Source of the DNA: Promethearchaeota archaeon
Lineage (GTDB): Archaea; Asgardarchaeota; Lokiarchaeia; Sigyniarchaeales; SOKP01
DNA: 64,000 bases
Direction: 5' to 3'
Assembly (NCBI GenBank): GCA_019057795.1
Contig: JAHLWS010000022.1
Location: 1-64,000 of the forward strand
The notes beneath the pieces were generated by a model. It searched no databases. It was given only the letters and a program-made list of their open reading frames with translations, and was not told the DNA's origin. Positions 40,414 through 50,753 of this stretch are shown one piece after another; position 1 is the first letter of the stretch, and each line of letters opens with the position of its first letter. The position numbers and the translations under genes are program-made.

Positions 40414-43176
40414 ATGGAAGGTTCTGTGTTGGTTATTGGTGGAGGAATTGCTGGAATTCAAACTTCTTTAGACCTAACTGAGTTAGGATTTAAAGTTTAT
40501 TTAGTAGAAAAAGAGCCCACAATAGGAGGTCATATGGCTCAATTTGATAAATTATTTCCCGCACATGATTGTAGTTTATGTGTCCTAGCTCCCAAAATGG
40601 TTGCAATATATAAGAATCCTAATATTGAACTATTTACTTTATCTGAGGTAAAAATGGTCTCTGAAAATTCTGGGACTTTTACAGCAACCATAGTTAAAAA
40701 GCCACGATATATCGTAGAAACAAAATGCAAAGGATGTGGTGACTGTGCAGCACGCTGCCCAAAAATTGAGGCCCCAAATCTATTTGATATGAATTTAGGG
40801 AAAAGAAAATCAGCGTACATTCCATTTCCACAAGCCATCCCTCCAGTTTACCTAATAGATCCTGAATTATGCTTATTTTTGAACCGGGATGTATGTGGGG
40901 TTTGTAAAAAGGTTTGCAAAGGTGAGGCAATAGATTTCAATCAGGAACCTCAGGAGATTAAATTGAAAGTTGGAGCAATTGTAATAGCTACTGGTTTTGA
41001 TATGTATGGTGAAGAATTATCTGAACATTGGGGATATCAATATAAAAACGTTGTTAACGCTTTTGAGTACGAAAGAATCATATGTCCTACTGGACCATTT
41101 GGTGGTAATATATTACGTCCTAGTGATGAAAAAGAACCTGAAACGATTGTATTCATACAGTGCGTCGGTGCTGGTTATAAAGAAAAAAGTGTTTCGTATT
41201 GTTCGCGAGTATGTTGTATGTATACTGCTAAAAATGCAATACTGACAAAGGAATATTCGGAAAACATAAATGTTACTGTTTTTAGGCATAATATCAGAGT
41301 TTTTGGTAAAAACTTTTATGAATATACAAAAAAAGCTCAAGATAATCATGACATTAAATATTATCGCACTAAAATTAAAGATATTGAAGAAGATTCAGAA
41401 ACTAATGATTTGATAATTCATTATCAAGATTTGAAGACAGGTGAGAAAAAAGAATATAGAGCGAATATGGTAGTTTTAGCGGCACCATTAGTTCCCTCAA
41501 AAGGAACAAATGAATTAGCAAAAGTTTTAAATGTCGATCTAGATAATTATAATTTCTTTAAATCAAGATCTTTCTATGATAATTCTTTATCTACGAGAGA
41601 TGGAATCTTTTTATGTGGATTCTGTCAAAGCCCAATGAATGTATCAGAAACAGTAAGTCATGCAAGTGGCATAGCAGGACAAGTAGCGGTATTATTGAAC
41701 GATGCAAAATATTCCCAGATTATAGAAAGAGATATTGCTATACTTCCAAAGGAAGAAATTATAAGTATTACTCCAAAAGCGTTGATAATAGGCGGTGGAA
41801 TTTCAGGAATGACCGCAGCATTAAACATTGGATCTCAAGGATTTCAAACAATTATAATCGAAAGAGAGAAAATATTAGGTGGAAATTTAAATCAGATTAA
41901 TATTATCTATCCTGGTCAACAGCCAGCTTTTGAATTTGTCAAAAGTATTAAAGAGAAAGTTAACAAGCACCCTAATATCAGCGTGTACTTAGGATCTAAA
42001 ATTAAGAGTATTGATGGTTCAATTGGTAATTATGAGATAAATTTTGATGATAAAAATGAAAAAACTCATATCGATACAGTAGGAATAATTATAGTGGCTA
42101 CTGGAAGTCAAGAGTTAAAACCGCATGGAAATTTTCAATATAGTAAAGAAAATGAGAATATAATTACTTTATTAGAATTGGAATTGAGACTAAAAAAGCA
42201 AGATATGGCTTGGCTTGATGAAATAAATCATATTACAATCTTTTTATGCGTAGAATCGAGGCAAAAAGAGGGATTTTCTTATTGTTCTAATGTATGTTGT
42301 AGTAATGCTATTAAAAACATAAAAATCTTAAAAGATCTTAAGCCAAACCTCGAGCTTTTAGTGCTCTTTAGAGATCTTCATATGGCTAAGAAAGAATTCG
42401 AAGATATTATGAGTGAAAGAAAAAAAATAGCTAATTTTATGAGATATAATCTAGAAAATCTACCAATGATAATTAAAATAAACCCAAATCCTGAAAAGTA
42501 TAAAATAAACCTATATGATGATACCAATCCTAATAATATTCTCGATTTTAAAACTGATCTTATAATATTATCTACTCCTATGGTTCCACCTGATGCTATA
42601 GAAGATTTATCAAGTATGCTTAATGTTCCTTTAGATAAAAATGGTTTTTTTATTGAAGCTCATAATAAATTACGACCTTTAGATTTTGCTACAGAAGGTA
42701 TTTTCATATGTGGTTGCGCTCAATGGCCAAAGAACATTCAAGATTCAATATCACAGGCAAATGGAGCTGCAGGTCGTGCAAGTAGATTTTTAAGTATAAA
42801 AGAAATATCAACGACAAAATTAGAATACCTTTCTTTTATGCTAGCAATTGAGTGTTTCTTCAAAGATATGATTGTAAACCCAGAGAAATGTAATGGATGC
42901 GGTCAATGTGTTGAAGTATGTCAGTTTAAAGCGATTTCAGTCATAGATTCAAAAACGGAGTATGAAGATGTGAGTTTACTTGTTAATAAAGCCTTTATTA
43001 ATCCTGCTATATGTAAAGGTTGCGGAAGATGCGCTGCAGTTTGTCGATTAAAGGCGATTGATGCCAGACACTATGATTTTAAACAAATCTCCGCAGTTAT
43101 GGATCCTTATTTCTTAAAAAAAGTAAAAAGTGAAGAAAGCTTGAAAGATAAAGAAGGAATTATCGCTATGAATTAA
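40414..43176 (+). CDS. hdrA: HdrA-like paralog of 36542..39628 lacking the internal Fe-S domain
   Basis: Near-identical N-terminus MEGSVLVIG; two FAD modules; no CHCG/CTPRTHE segment. Confidence 0.88.
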   Translation: MEGSVLVIGGGIAGIQTSLDLTELGFKVYLVEKEPTIGGHMAQFDKLFPAHDCSLCVLAPKMVAIYKNPNIELFTLSEVKMVSENSGTFTATIVKKPRYIVETKCKGCGDCAARCPKIEAPNLFDMNLGKRKSAYIPFPQAIPPVYLIDPELCLFLNRDVCGVCKKVCKGEAIDFNQEPQEIKLKVGAIVIATGFDMYGEELSEHWGYQYKNVVNAFEYERIICPTGPFGGNILRPSDEKEPETIVFIQCVGAGYKEKSVSYCSRVCCMYTAKNAILTKEYSENINVTVFRHNIRVFGKNFYEYTKKAQDNHDIKYYRTKIKDIEEDSETNDLIIHYQDLKTGEKKEYRANMVVLAAPLVPSKGTNELAKVLNVDLDNYNFFKSRSFYDNSLSTRDGIFLCGFCQSPMNVSETVSHASGIAGQVAVLLNDAKYSQIIERDIAILPKEEIISITPKALIIGGGISGMTAALNIGSQGFQTIIIEREKILGGNLNQINIIYPGQQPAFEFVKSIKEKVNKHPNISVYLGSKIKSIDGSIGNYEINFDDKNEKTHIDTVGIIIVATGSQELKPHGNFQYSKENENIITLLELELRLKKQDMAWLDEINHITIFLCVESRQKEGFSYCSNVCCSNAIKNIKILKDLKPNLELLVLFRDLHMAKKEFEDIMSERKKIANFMRYNLENLPMIIKINPNPEKYKINLYDDTNPNNILDFKTDLIILSTPMVPPDAIEDLSSMLNVPLDKNGFFIEAHNKLRPLDFATEGIFICGCAQWPKNIQDSISQANGAAGRASRFLSIKEISTTKLEYLSFMLAIECFFKDMIVNPEKCNGCGQCVEVCQFKAISVIDSKTEYEDVSLLVNKAFINPAICKGCGRCAAVCRLKAIDARHYDFKQISAVMDPYFLKKVKSEESLKDKEGIIAMN

Positions 43177-43222
43177 TTAATAAAAAATTAAACAAAAAAA
43201 TTAGAGAGTAAATTAAATTTTT

Positions 43223-44446
43223 TCAACTTTTCTTTTTGTTATCAAATTTTTTTATTGATGTATATAGTAATGTTAATACAAGAAGTAGTACCAAAGAAAC
43301 AATAAGAATTATCATATATACTAAGGAAATTCCTCCAGTATTAAAAAAAGGTTCAAAAGTCGTTGGAACGAAAGCAATTCCGATAAATTGAAACGCCGTA
43401 GTTAAACCCGCGAGAGCACCACGTCTTTCTATTGATAAAGTCTGGCTATAAAACATAACTAATGTCATTAATATACCCCCGGCGAAACCCATAAAGATAA
43501 GTCCTAAGGAAGTGAACGGAAGCGCTTCGAAACTGTTATTACCGAATAATACTAAAATTATATTAGCAATAAATAATGAAATCAATCCAATCGTTAAAGC
43601 AAGTTTTACGCCTTTTTTCTTAATAGTGAATCCCGTAAAAATACCCCCAAAAAAACCCATTACTCCGAATAAAGCAATGACTATTCCTGAAATCGTCTCG
43701 GGGATTATATGCGTAAATGATCGCGAAGTCCAGATTATAGTAGCAATAGAAGTATGTGATAGTAAAAATGCAGATATAACCAATAAGATAACTGGTAAGC
43801 GACGAATTTCTTGAGCTAAATCGGTGAAAAATGCTCGAATTTCGGCATCACTTTTAGTTACTGATTGATTTCTTCTTAATGAAAAAATAATCAGGATTCC
43901 TAATACTGTCATACTCAAAAATATTAAGTACAAATATCTCCAACCTATATTAATTATTAGACCTGCAAGTAATGGTCCAAAACCGACTCCTAAATTAGCA
44001 ACAGCACCTAACAAACCTATTTTTTTGGAAATTTTAGGTCCAGGAGTGATATCTGTAAGCAAAGCTATTAAAACAGGATTAACAAAACCGAAACCAATTC
44101 CTGCTAAGACATTTGCAATAACAAAAACCGTCAACGAGAAGGATAACGATGCTACGATCATTCCTATTCCAAAAATAGATAAACCTAAAAGAATCACCGG
44201 AAAACGACCTTTAATATCTGAAAGAGCTCCTGAGAATAGTTGAACTAAGGCAAATGGGAACATAAACGATGGAATAGCAATCAATAACGCGCTTGGAACT
44301 ACTGAAAATTCTAAAGAAAGAACACCAAATAAAACTAAAATGACATTTCCGGTAAGGGGACCTAGCGCAAAAAGTATAAAGATAATTACTTCGATTCGCT
44401 TTGAAGTTTTTTTCATTTCCATATTCATGACGATTAATCTATTCAT
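43223..44446 (-). CDS. MFS transporter (drug:H+ antiporter-like)
   Basis: GALSDIKGRFPV motif A, 12 TM. Confidence 0.85.
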   Translation of the reverse strand: MNRLIVMNMEMKKTSKRIEVIIFILFALGPLTGNVILVLFGVLSLEFSVVPSALLIAIPSFMFPFALVQLFSGALSDIKGRFPVILLGLSIFGIGMIVASLSFSLTVFVIANVLAGIGFGFVNPVLIALLTDITPGPKISKKIGLLGAVANLGVGFGPLLAGLIINIGWRYLYLIFLSMTVLGILIIFSLRRNQSVTKSDAEIRAFFTDLAQEIRRLPVILLVISAFLLSHTSIATIIWTSRSFTHIIPETISGIVIALFGVMGFFGGIFTGFTIKKKGVKLALTIGLISLFIANIILVLFGNNSFEALPFTSLGLIFMGFAGGILMTLVMFYSQTLSIERRGALAGLTTAFQFIGIAFVPTTFEPFFNTGGISLVYMIILIVSLVLLLVLTLLYTSIKKFDNKKKS

Positions 44447-44533
44447 TTTTTAACAAGTATATAATAAAAAATATGTGTCTAATATTAAACTCTGTGCATT
44501 AAAAAATAAAAAAAAGAGAGAAATTAGTTAGAT

Positions 44534-45007
44534 TTATGAAATTTGAATCGCGATTTGAGAGAAAAAGGTGGTAACCATTATAACAAACAAGATAGTGCCA
44601 GCAAGGATAAGATATATCCGTCTTGATTTTTCATCAAATTGATCATTTAGAGCAAAACTAAAAAATGCTATGACAATAAAGAATAATCCGATATTTACGC
44701 CTATTCTCGCAATATTTCCGACAATAACTACTTGATAATCCATCCAATAATAAAGAAGAGTAGCTCTTTCAAGTTTTTCGATGTAATCGTTATAACCATA
44801 TAATCCTTGCATGTAATTCAATTCGTTTTGCTGGTTTTCTATAAGGAACCATGTATAAGCGTTATCTGCGATAGATTTACTAATCATGAGTATTGTGCCA
44901 AAGATTAGTGCTACTAATAATCCATAAATAAGGAACTTAGTGGCCTTTTCTTTATCCATTATTGGTAACATGTCATACAACTTTATTTTTCTATCTTCTG
45001 TCTCCAT
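44534..45007 (-). CDS. Hypothetical membrane protein
   Basis: 3 hydrophobic segments; tightly linked to 45014..45688. Confidence 0.7.
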   Translation of the reverse strand: METEDRKIKLYDMLPIMDKEKATKFLIYGLLVALIFGTILMISKSIADNAYTWFLIENQQNELNYMQGLYGYNDYIEKLERATLLYYWMDYQVVIVGNIARIGVNIGLFFIVIAFFSFALNDQFDEKSRRIYLILAGTILFVIMVTTFFSQIAIQIS

Positions 45008-45013
45008 TTTGTA

Positions 45014-45688
45014 TCACCTAAGATAATTTGCTTTTAAAACTGATATTAAAGCGGCCATAAGGTAAATCAAGATAATGAGTACCCCTATTAGAATAAATGA
45101 ATTATATAATGATTCTCCTGGCCCATCTACTTTTATTTGGATGTCAAATAAAACATTTAAATCGGAAGCAGGACCACTATTAGAGCCATAAACGACCACA
45201 TAATAATCACCTGGCCAAGATATCAGCGAATCTCCAATTCTATCTCCCATAAATTCTATATAGAAATATATCCCATCGGTAGGCAAAGTTAAGGAATTAT
45301 CCCCATTAGTACTTACTGCGGGATTAATTCCATAGCCAAACTCAGAATAAACAAACTGCAAGCCAGTTGTTATGTTAGAAGTACTATTCAAACTATAAGC
45401 TCTCTGGTACTCACTGTTAGCTAAAATTTTTATGATGACAGTTGAATTTGGATAAAAATTAGAAATTTCAATTATTAATTTCTGATCTTTGTTGAGTGTT
45501 ACTGGATGAGCGAACGCTTTAGTCATCCCATCAGCACTATCTTCTTGAATGATTTCAGGTTTACTGTCATAAATAATCATTTTGTCAAGTCCAGTTCCAA
45601 ATGCAGGTCCTAGAATTAAGAAAATTGCTCCAATTCCCAAAAATATGAAGGCAATCTTCTTATTTAAAAATATATTCGTTTTTGCCAT
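45014..45688 (-). CDS. Hypothetical membrane-anchored protein
   Basis: N- and C-terminal TM segments flanking a beta-rich domain. Confidence 0.7.
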   Translation of the reverse strand: MAKTNIFLNKKIAFIFLGIGAIFLILGPAFGTGLDKMIIYDSKPEIIQEDSADGMTKAFAHPVTLNKDQKLIIEISNFYPNSTVIIKILANSEYQRAYSLNSTSNITTGLQFVYSEFGYGINPAVSTNGDNSLTLPTDGIYFYIEFMGDRIGDSLISWPGDYYVVVYGSNSGPASDLNVLFDIQIKVDGPGESLYNSFILIGVLIILIYLMAALISVLKANYLR

Positions 45689-45909
45689 GTAAACACCATA
45701 TAGGTTTTCATTATATTTTTGTTAAATTCTGTTAATTTCAATGTAGGTTAATTAGAAATAAAAAACTGCTCTTTAATTTTATTAACGGATGAATTAAACC
45801 AAAATCTAAATATTGATTAAAGAAAAAAAAAGAGGAAAAAAATGAGATACAAATAAAATTTATGTTGAATTCTTAATTATAATTAATTTTACTAATTGTA
45901 AGTTGAGAA

Positions 45910-47172
45910 TTGGTTATGAAAACAGATGAGTCTTATTCTGATTATATGTACAATTTTATAGATACAATATGTAAGAAGTTTGGACCAAGATATTCTTGTA
46001 GTGTTGCTGAAAAGAACGCAAATGTTTGGATTAAGGAAGAACTTGATAAATTTTGCGACAAGACTTTTATTGACGAGTTTGAAACGCGACCTGCCATGTA
46101 TCCCCAAGGGTTTATTAAAATTGCAGGAATTTTAGGAGGAATTTCTCCCATTTTCATGATATTTCAATTTCCCCTTCCAATATTATCAGCTGTTTTTGTA
46201 TTTATTGGAATATGGGTCTTGTATTCTGAAATGATGCTGATGAAGGGATGGATATGGCCATTTTTCAAGAAAAAAACTTCAAGCAATGTATTTGGTATTA
46301 TCAAGCCTACTGGAGAGGTAAAATTTCGAATAATATTTGAAGGTCATACGGATAGTGCCAAGGAGATGAATATAGCAAGTTATCCTCCAAAATTAAGCAA
46401 GTGGATTGCCATAATAGGGCTATATTTCTTAGTACATACTATTATCTTTTCTTTATGGAAATTCATCTCGCAAATTATTGGAGAACCCTCAATTATACTA
46501 TACGATTCAGGTATTATCTCTTGGACTATTATTGATCTTGTTTACTTTTTATCACTTATTGCAATTTATCCCTTCTTCATTTGGTTATTAAAAGGGTTTT
46601 TGGGAAAAACAGTAGTATTAGGAGCGAACGATAATTTAGCTGCTACAGCAGTCGCTTTAGCTATAGGCAAATACTTAAACCAAAATAGACTTAGAAATAT
46701 TGAAATCTGGATAGGATCACAAGGAAGTGAGGAAGTTGGAGATAAAGGAGCGGGAGCTTTTGTTGAAAAATACAGCGAACAAGGTATATTAGATAATTCT
46801 TATACAGTAGTTTTGGAATGTTGTGGGGCTGCAGAGGCAATGGCAATTATTGAAAGAGACATGCATAGAGCAATTTACGATAAAGAAATCAATAGCTTAC
46901 TCGATGAGGCCTACAACGCAGCAAAATCAGAAAATCCGGACATTTTGAAGTTAAAAAAAGTGAAACTCAAAATTGGTGCGTGTGATGCGTGCCAATACAT
47001 TCACAAAGGATACAAGGCTTCTGCCATATTTGGAGTAGAAGAACATAAAAATAAAGCAGTTAATTGGCATTCGGTTAAAGATACTCCCGAAAATATTAAT
47101 AAAAAGGTTCTAAAAGATTTTCTCGAAGTCTCTTTAAAATTCATAGAACTTATCGACAAAAAATATAATTAG
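45910..47172 (+). CDS. M28-family membrane metallopeptidase
   Basis: GHTDS, GANDN, SEEVG, WHS..D motifs. Confidence 0.85.
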   Translation: MVMKTDESYSDYMYNFIDTICKKFGPRYSCSVAEKNANVWIKEELDKFCDKTFIDEFETRPAMYPQGFIKIAGILGGISPIFMIFQFPLPILSAVFVFIGIWVLYSEMMLMKGWIWPFFKKKTSSNVFGIIKPTGEVKFRIIFEGHTDSAKEMNIASYPPKLSKWIAIIGLYFLVHTIIFSLWKFISQIIGEPSIILYDSGIISWTIIDLVYFLSLIAIYPFFIWLLKGFLGKTVVLGANDNLAATAVALAIGKYLNQNRLRNIEIWIGSQGSEEVGDKGAGAFVEKYSEQGILDNSYTVVLECCGAAEAMAIIERDMHRAIYDKEINSLLDEAYNAAKSENPDILKLKKVKLKIGACDACQYIHKGYKASAIFGVEEHKNKAVNWHSVKDTPENINKKVLKDFLEVSLKFIELIDKKYN

Positions 47173-47216
47173 ATAAATAAAAAAAAAAGAAAAAACGAAA
47201 ATTTAGGTCTAAATTG

Positions 47217-48671
47217 TTATTTAAATCCTAATTCTCCTAATTTTACTTGGGTTGCTTGGATTTTTTCAGGTGTAAGGTTATAGAATTTCCAAAAGACAAT
47301 TGCGCCGATAAAGATAAATATAGCAGGAATTAATCCTAAGTGAATTTGGATCCCCACTGCTGCTGATGCGGGCTGGATACTTGGATCTCCACCTTCAATA
47401 AACCCAGTTAAAGTATGAACGATAGCGAATGTAAGTGTTTGAGCAATAATTCCTATACGTGCAAAAAACTGGGAAAATCCAACATATATTCCCTCTTCAC
47501 GTTTTCCTGTAATTACAACAGATTCGTCAATTACATCTGACATGACTGGAAAGATCATAAACCAAAATCCTCCAAGGAAGATACCCCATACAAACATCAC
47601 AGCAACAACACCCCAATAACTTGTTAAGAAAAGTAGTGGTAAAGTAGATATTCCTAAACCAACTGCAGAAATTAACATAATCTTCTTGTTATTATTTACT
47701 TTATGAGAATATTTAACCCAAAATGGCGTTGCGACAATCACTCCGACAAGAAAGGAAGCAAATATTAATGTAGCCATAAAATTAACTGTTATGCCTGCCG
47801 GTTGGACTATCACATACGCAACAACATAATGTATGGAATTCTGCATCGTAACAATCTGGGATTGATACAGTGTATATATTACCATATATATCAGGAAGGA
47901 TCTTTGCTTTAATGCTATAACTAAGGACTTAAAAAAGGAATCTCTTTCTGGATTTCTTTCGTAAGTTACCAGATATTTTTCCACAAGATCTTTATCTTCT
48001 CGAAATCCAGGGATTGCCAAAAGCATTCCAAGTAGACATATTAAAGCAACTATTACTCCTTGTACAATAAATGATTGCAAAACTACAACATGGGGGATTT
48101 CTTCACTTGGGTATTTAAAAACTAAAGGAGGTATTAATGCTCCTAATGCTACTCCAATTACACCGATTGGGATATAGATCCCACTAGCGACTCTTCGTTC
48201 TTTAATGGACTGATATTTCTCAGTAAACAGTGCCATAAAGTTTACAAAATAGAGTGAATGAAATGTATCAAATAAACACATTGTAAAAAGCAACCATGCA
48301 AATATAATCCATGCACCAGATACAGGATCTATAACAGGTGGCATATATACAATTATGTAACTGGCACATAAAGGTAGTCCTCCAAGTAACAACCAAGGAA
48401 ATCTCCTACCAATTTTCTTTGTAAATTTAAATGGACGGTTAGTTAAGTATCCAATTAAAGGATCGTTGACCATATTATATAAGGCAAATATAAATGTCGC
48501 TAAAAATATGACCCATACATCTAGACCGATAACAGCTTCGTAATAAAAGAACACTGTGGCCATAAATGCCATATTAATGAATTCTCTTGCCAAGCTACCA
48601 GAACCATAAGATGCCATATTCAATTTGCTATGACGAACTTCTAACTCATCTTCTCCCATTGTTAATACCAA
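47217..48671 (-). CDS. MFS transporter, GPH family
   Basis: NDPLIGYL...GRRFPW, DVIDE...GKREEG motifs. Confidence 0.88.
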   Translation of the reverse strand: MVLTMGEDELEVRHSKLNMASYGSGSLAREFINMAFMATVFFYYEAVIGLDVWVIFLATFIFALYNMVNDPLIGYLTNRPFKFTKKIGRRFPWLLLGGLPLCASYIIVYMPPVIDPVSGAWIIFAWLLFTMCLFDTFHSLYFVNFMALFTEKYQSIKERRVASGIYIPIGVIGVALGALIPPLVFKYPSEEIPHVVVLQSFIVQGVIVALICLLGMLLAIPGFREDKDLVEKYLVTYERNPERDSFFKSLVIALKQRSFLIYMVIYTLYQSQIVTMQNSIHYVVAYVIVQPAGITVNFMATLIFASFLVGVIVATPFWVKYSHKVNNNKKIMLISAVGLGISTLPLLFLTSYWGVVAVMFVWGIFLGGFWFMIFPVMSDVIDESVVITGKREEGIYVGFSQFFARIGIIAQTLTFAIVHTLTGFIEGGDPSIQPASAAVGIQIHLGLIPAIFIFIGAIVFWKFYNLTPEKIQATQVKLGELGFK

Positions 48672-49883
48672 TTTCTTATAATTTTTTAATTTAAAATAAG
48701 TTGTAATTTAACTATTAGATTCTAATGTTTATAAAATTTTTAGTTTTTATAAAATATTCAATATTTTCATACGAATTAATCCATAATCAAGCTTTTGCTC
48801 ATTGTTACAGTTCAAAAAGGATTTATTTTTGTACATTTCAGTTACTAAAATTAGAGATAAACGACTAAAATCCATAAAAAAATAATAGGAAATAACATCA
48901 AAAAAAAAGATAAGATTAAAATTATTTTTATTTATTATGGTTTCTTTTCTAAAAATTCTTTGAATGGTAATGTAAGAACATCTCCGACAATAAAAAGTAT
49001 AAAAACTAGCAATAAGAAAATCGATGTTATTAGGAAAAAATACGAGTTAGACGAGTTTATTGAAAATTGTTTAATTTTTGTTCGAATTAAAGATAAAAAA
49101 TTTAAATTTGGATGGTTGTTCCAAGATAAAAATAATTATCAAAAATTATTATTAAAAATTGCGTTTTTTAACATTGACTTGATCGGATTGATTTTTAAAA
49201 CGGTATTAGAGTACGGTAAGGTCTTATTAGGACATAGGCAAAATCGCTCTTTTTAAAATAACTTATGTTATTTGAGGATCAGATATGTATTTAGTATGTA
49301 TGGATGAGTTTGAAAAAAAAATTACTCTTTCCTGAACTTAATTTTTTAATTATTTGAGCTTAAATTATTTAAATTCCATTTGCATCTCCTAACAAGTTTA
49401 AACTAGTACGCTTATTTAGTAGAACTCAAATTTGATTGGGATTAGAGAGGTTTTTAATATAAATGTGGTGTCAAAACTACTAAAAATGTACACCAATTAT
49501 TAAGACATTTCCAACTAAAAGGGTTGGAAACGGTTGGAAACCATTAAAAACGACGGGACACCATAGGACAAAAATACTACAAAAAAACCACCAAAACTAC
49601 CACATGTTAACAATTGGTTAATAAAGGGTTAATATATCACTAATCTGTTAGGCACATTCATTTATTAATGTAGAAAAATATTAATTATATAGAAAAAAAG
49701 GTGTCATTATAATCTCCAACGAGGACACCACACGAAATTACTTCTCCCTTTATTTGGGTTAGTAGGGCTTCCTTACTCTATTTGCCTTGTGTGGTTCATA
49801 GGAAACTTGGATAGACGCTTGTTCTATTTTCAAGATTAGGAAATATTTTAATAAAAATTAATAAACATAAGGTGAAAAAAATA

Positions 49884-49994
49884 ATGGAAATGACACTTCA
49901 GGAGTTTTTAAGAATAAAATCCGAGAAGATAAAAAAAGCAATTTTGGACGCTATTTTCAGAGAATACGATCAATACGAGGTTGATTATGATTAA
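49884..49994 (+). CDS. Small hypothetical protein (36 aa)
   Basis: MEMTLQEFLRIKSEKIKKAILDAIFREYDQYEVDYD preceded by AAGGTGA SD. Confidence 0.45.
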   Translation: MEMTLQEFLRIKSEKIKKAILDAIFREYDQYEVDYD

Positions 49995-50171
49995 TTACCT
50001 GATAAGTTATTGAATAATAAGTATTACAAGAAAAATTAAAAGATATTATACTTTTATTACTAATAACTATTAAATAAGTAATCCAGATAAAAATAATAAG
50101 GAAATTATTAATGTAAGATAATTAGCGATACTTGAATCTGCAGCATCAAATCATAAAAAAACGGCGTTATC

Positions 50172-50387
50172 ATGAAAAGAGAATTTAATATTATTATAGA
50201 ACAGGATGAAGATGGATATTATATTGCAAGTGTTCCTGAATTACCTGGATGCCACACTCAAGCTAAATCACTTGATAAGCTGCATGAGCGAATTATTGAA
50301 GCAATTGAACTATATATCGAAGTAGATAAAAAAAAGCTGGAAAAAACTAGTAAATTTTTCGGAATTCAGAAGGCAGAACAACAGTAA
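50172..50387 (+). CDS. hicB: HicB-family antitoxin (short form)
   Basis: IIEQDEDGYYIASVPELPGCHTQAKSLD.L.ERI.EAIELY. Confidence 0.9.
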   Translation: MKREFNIIIEQDEDGYYIASVPELPGCHTQAKSLDKLHERIIEAIELYIEVDKKKLEKTSKFFGIQKAEQQ

Positions 50388-50485
50388 TTCCTTTTCATAA
50401 AAGTGAAAAAATCGGAAGGGGATTATTACTAAAAATTTTGAAGGATATTAATATTAGTCGAGAGGAATTCCTAGCACTTCTTTAA
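50369..50485 (+). pseudogene. hicA: 3' half of a HicA toxin gene (no start codon, N-terminus deleted)
   Basis: Alternate frame reads EGRTTVIPFHKSEKIGRGLLLKILKDINISREEFLALL*, the typical HicA C-terminus. Confidence 0.75.
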
Positions 50486-50753
50486 CTTTATGATTACTTA
50501 TTAATTGGATCGATTTATCTTTTATCTAAAATAATAATTCAAATTAACAATTTTAAGATAGCAATAATTCATTGAAATTCTTGTTAAATAATATGTCAAT
50601 ATGCATTTAGATAATATAGACATATATCGAATTGATCGTAAAAGAAACGTTTTAATTCGAAAAAGTGATAAGAAAAGTATAACATTTAAATAAGATGATT
50701 GTATTATTTATATTATACAATAAAAACTAATAAAAAAGAGATGACTCAAAAAA

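Noticed and set aside
48960-49256. 98-aa ORF
   Set aside because: TTG start, low-complexity AT-rich sequence, no motif; cannot be supported as a gene.
49715-49811. c-di-GMP-I riboswitch or hammerhead ribozyme
   Set aside because: Only a partial CACAAGGCAAA resemblance on the minus strand; the GNRA/receptor and CUGANGA cores are absent.
50000-50160. Minus-strand remnant encoding a C-terminal TM helix (…NYLTLIISLLFLSGLLI*)
   Set aside because: Too short and AT-rich to distinguish from chance.
48700-50750. tRNA integration target or CRISPR array near the element border
   Set aside because: No cloverleaf/TTCGA arm and no regularly spaced repeats found; none seen elsewhere in the window either.
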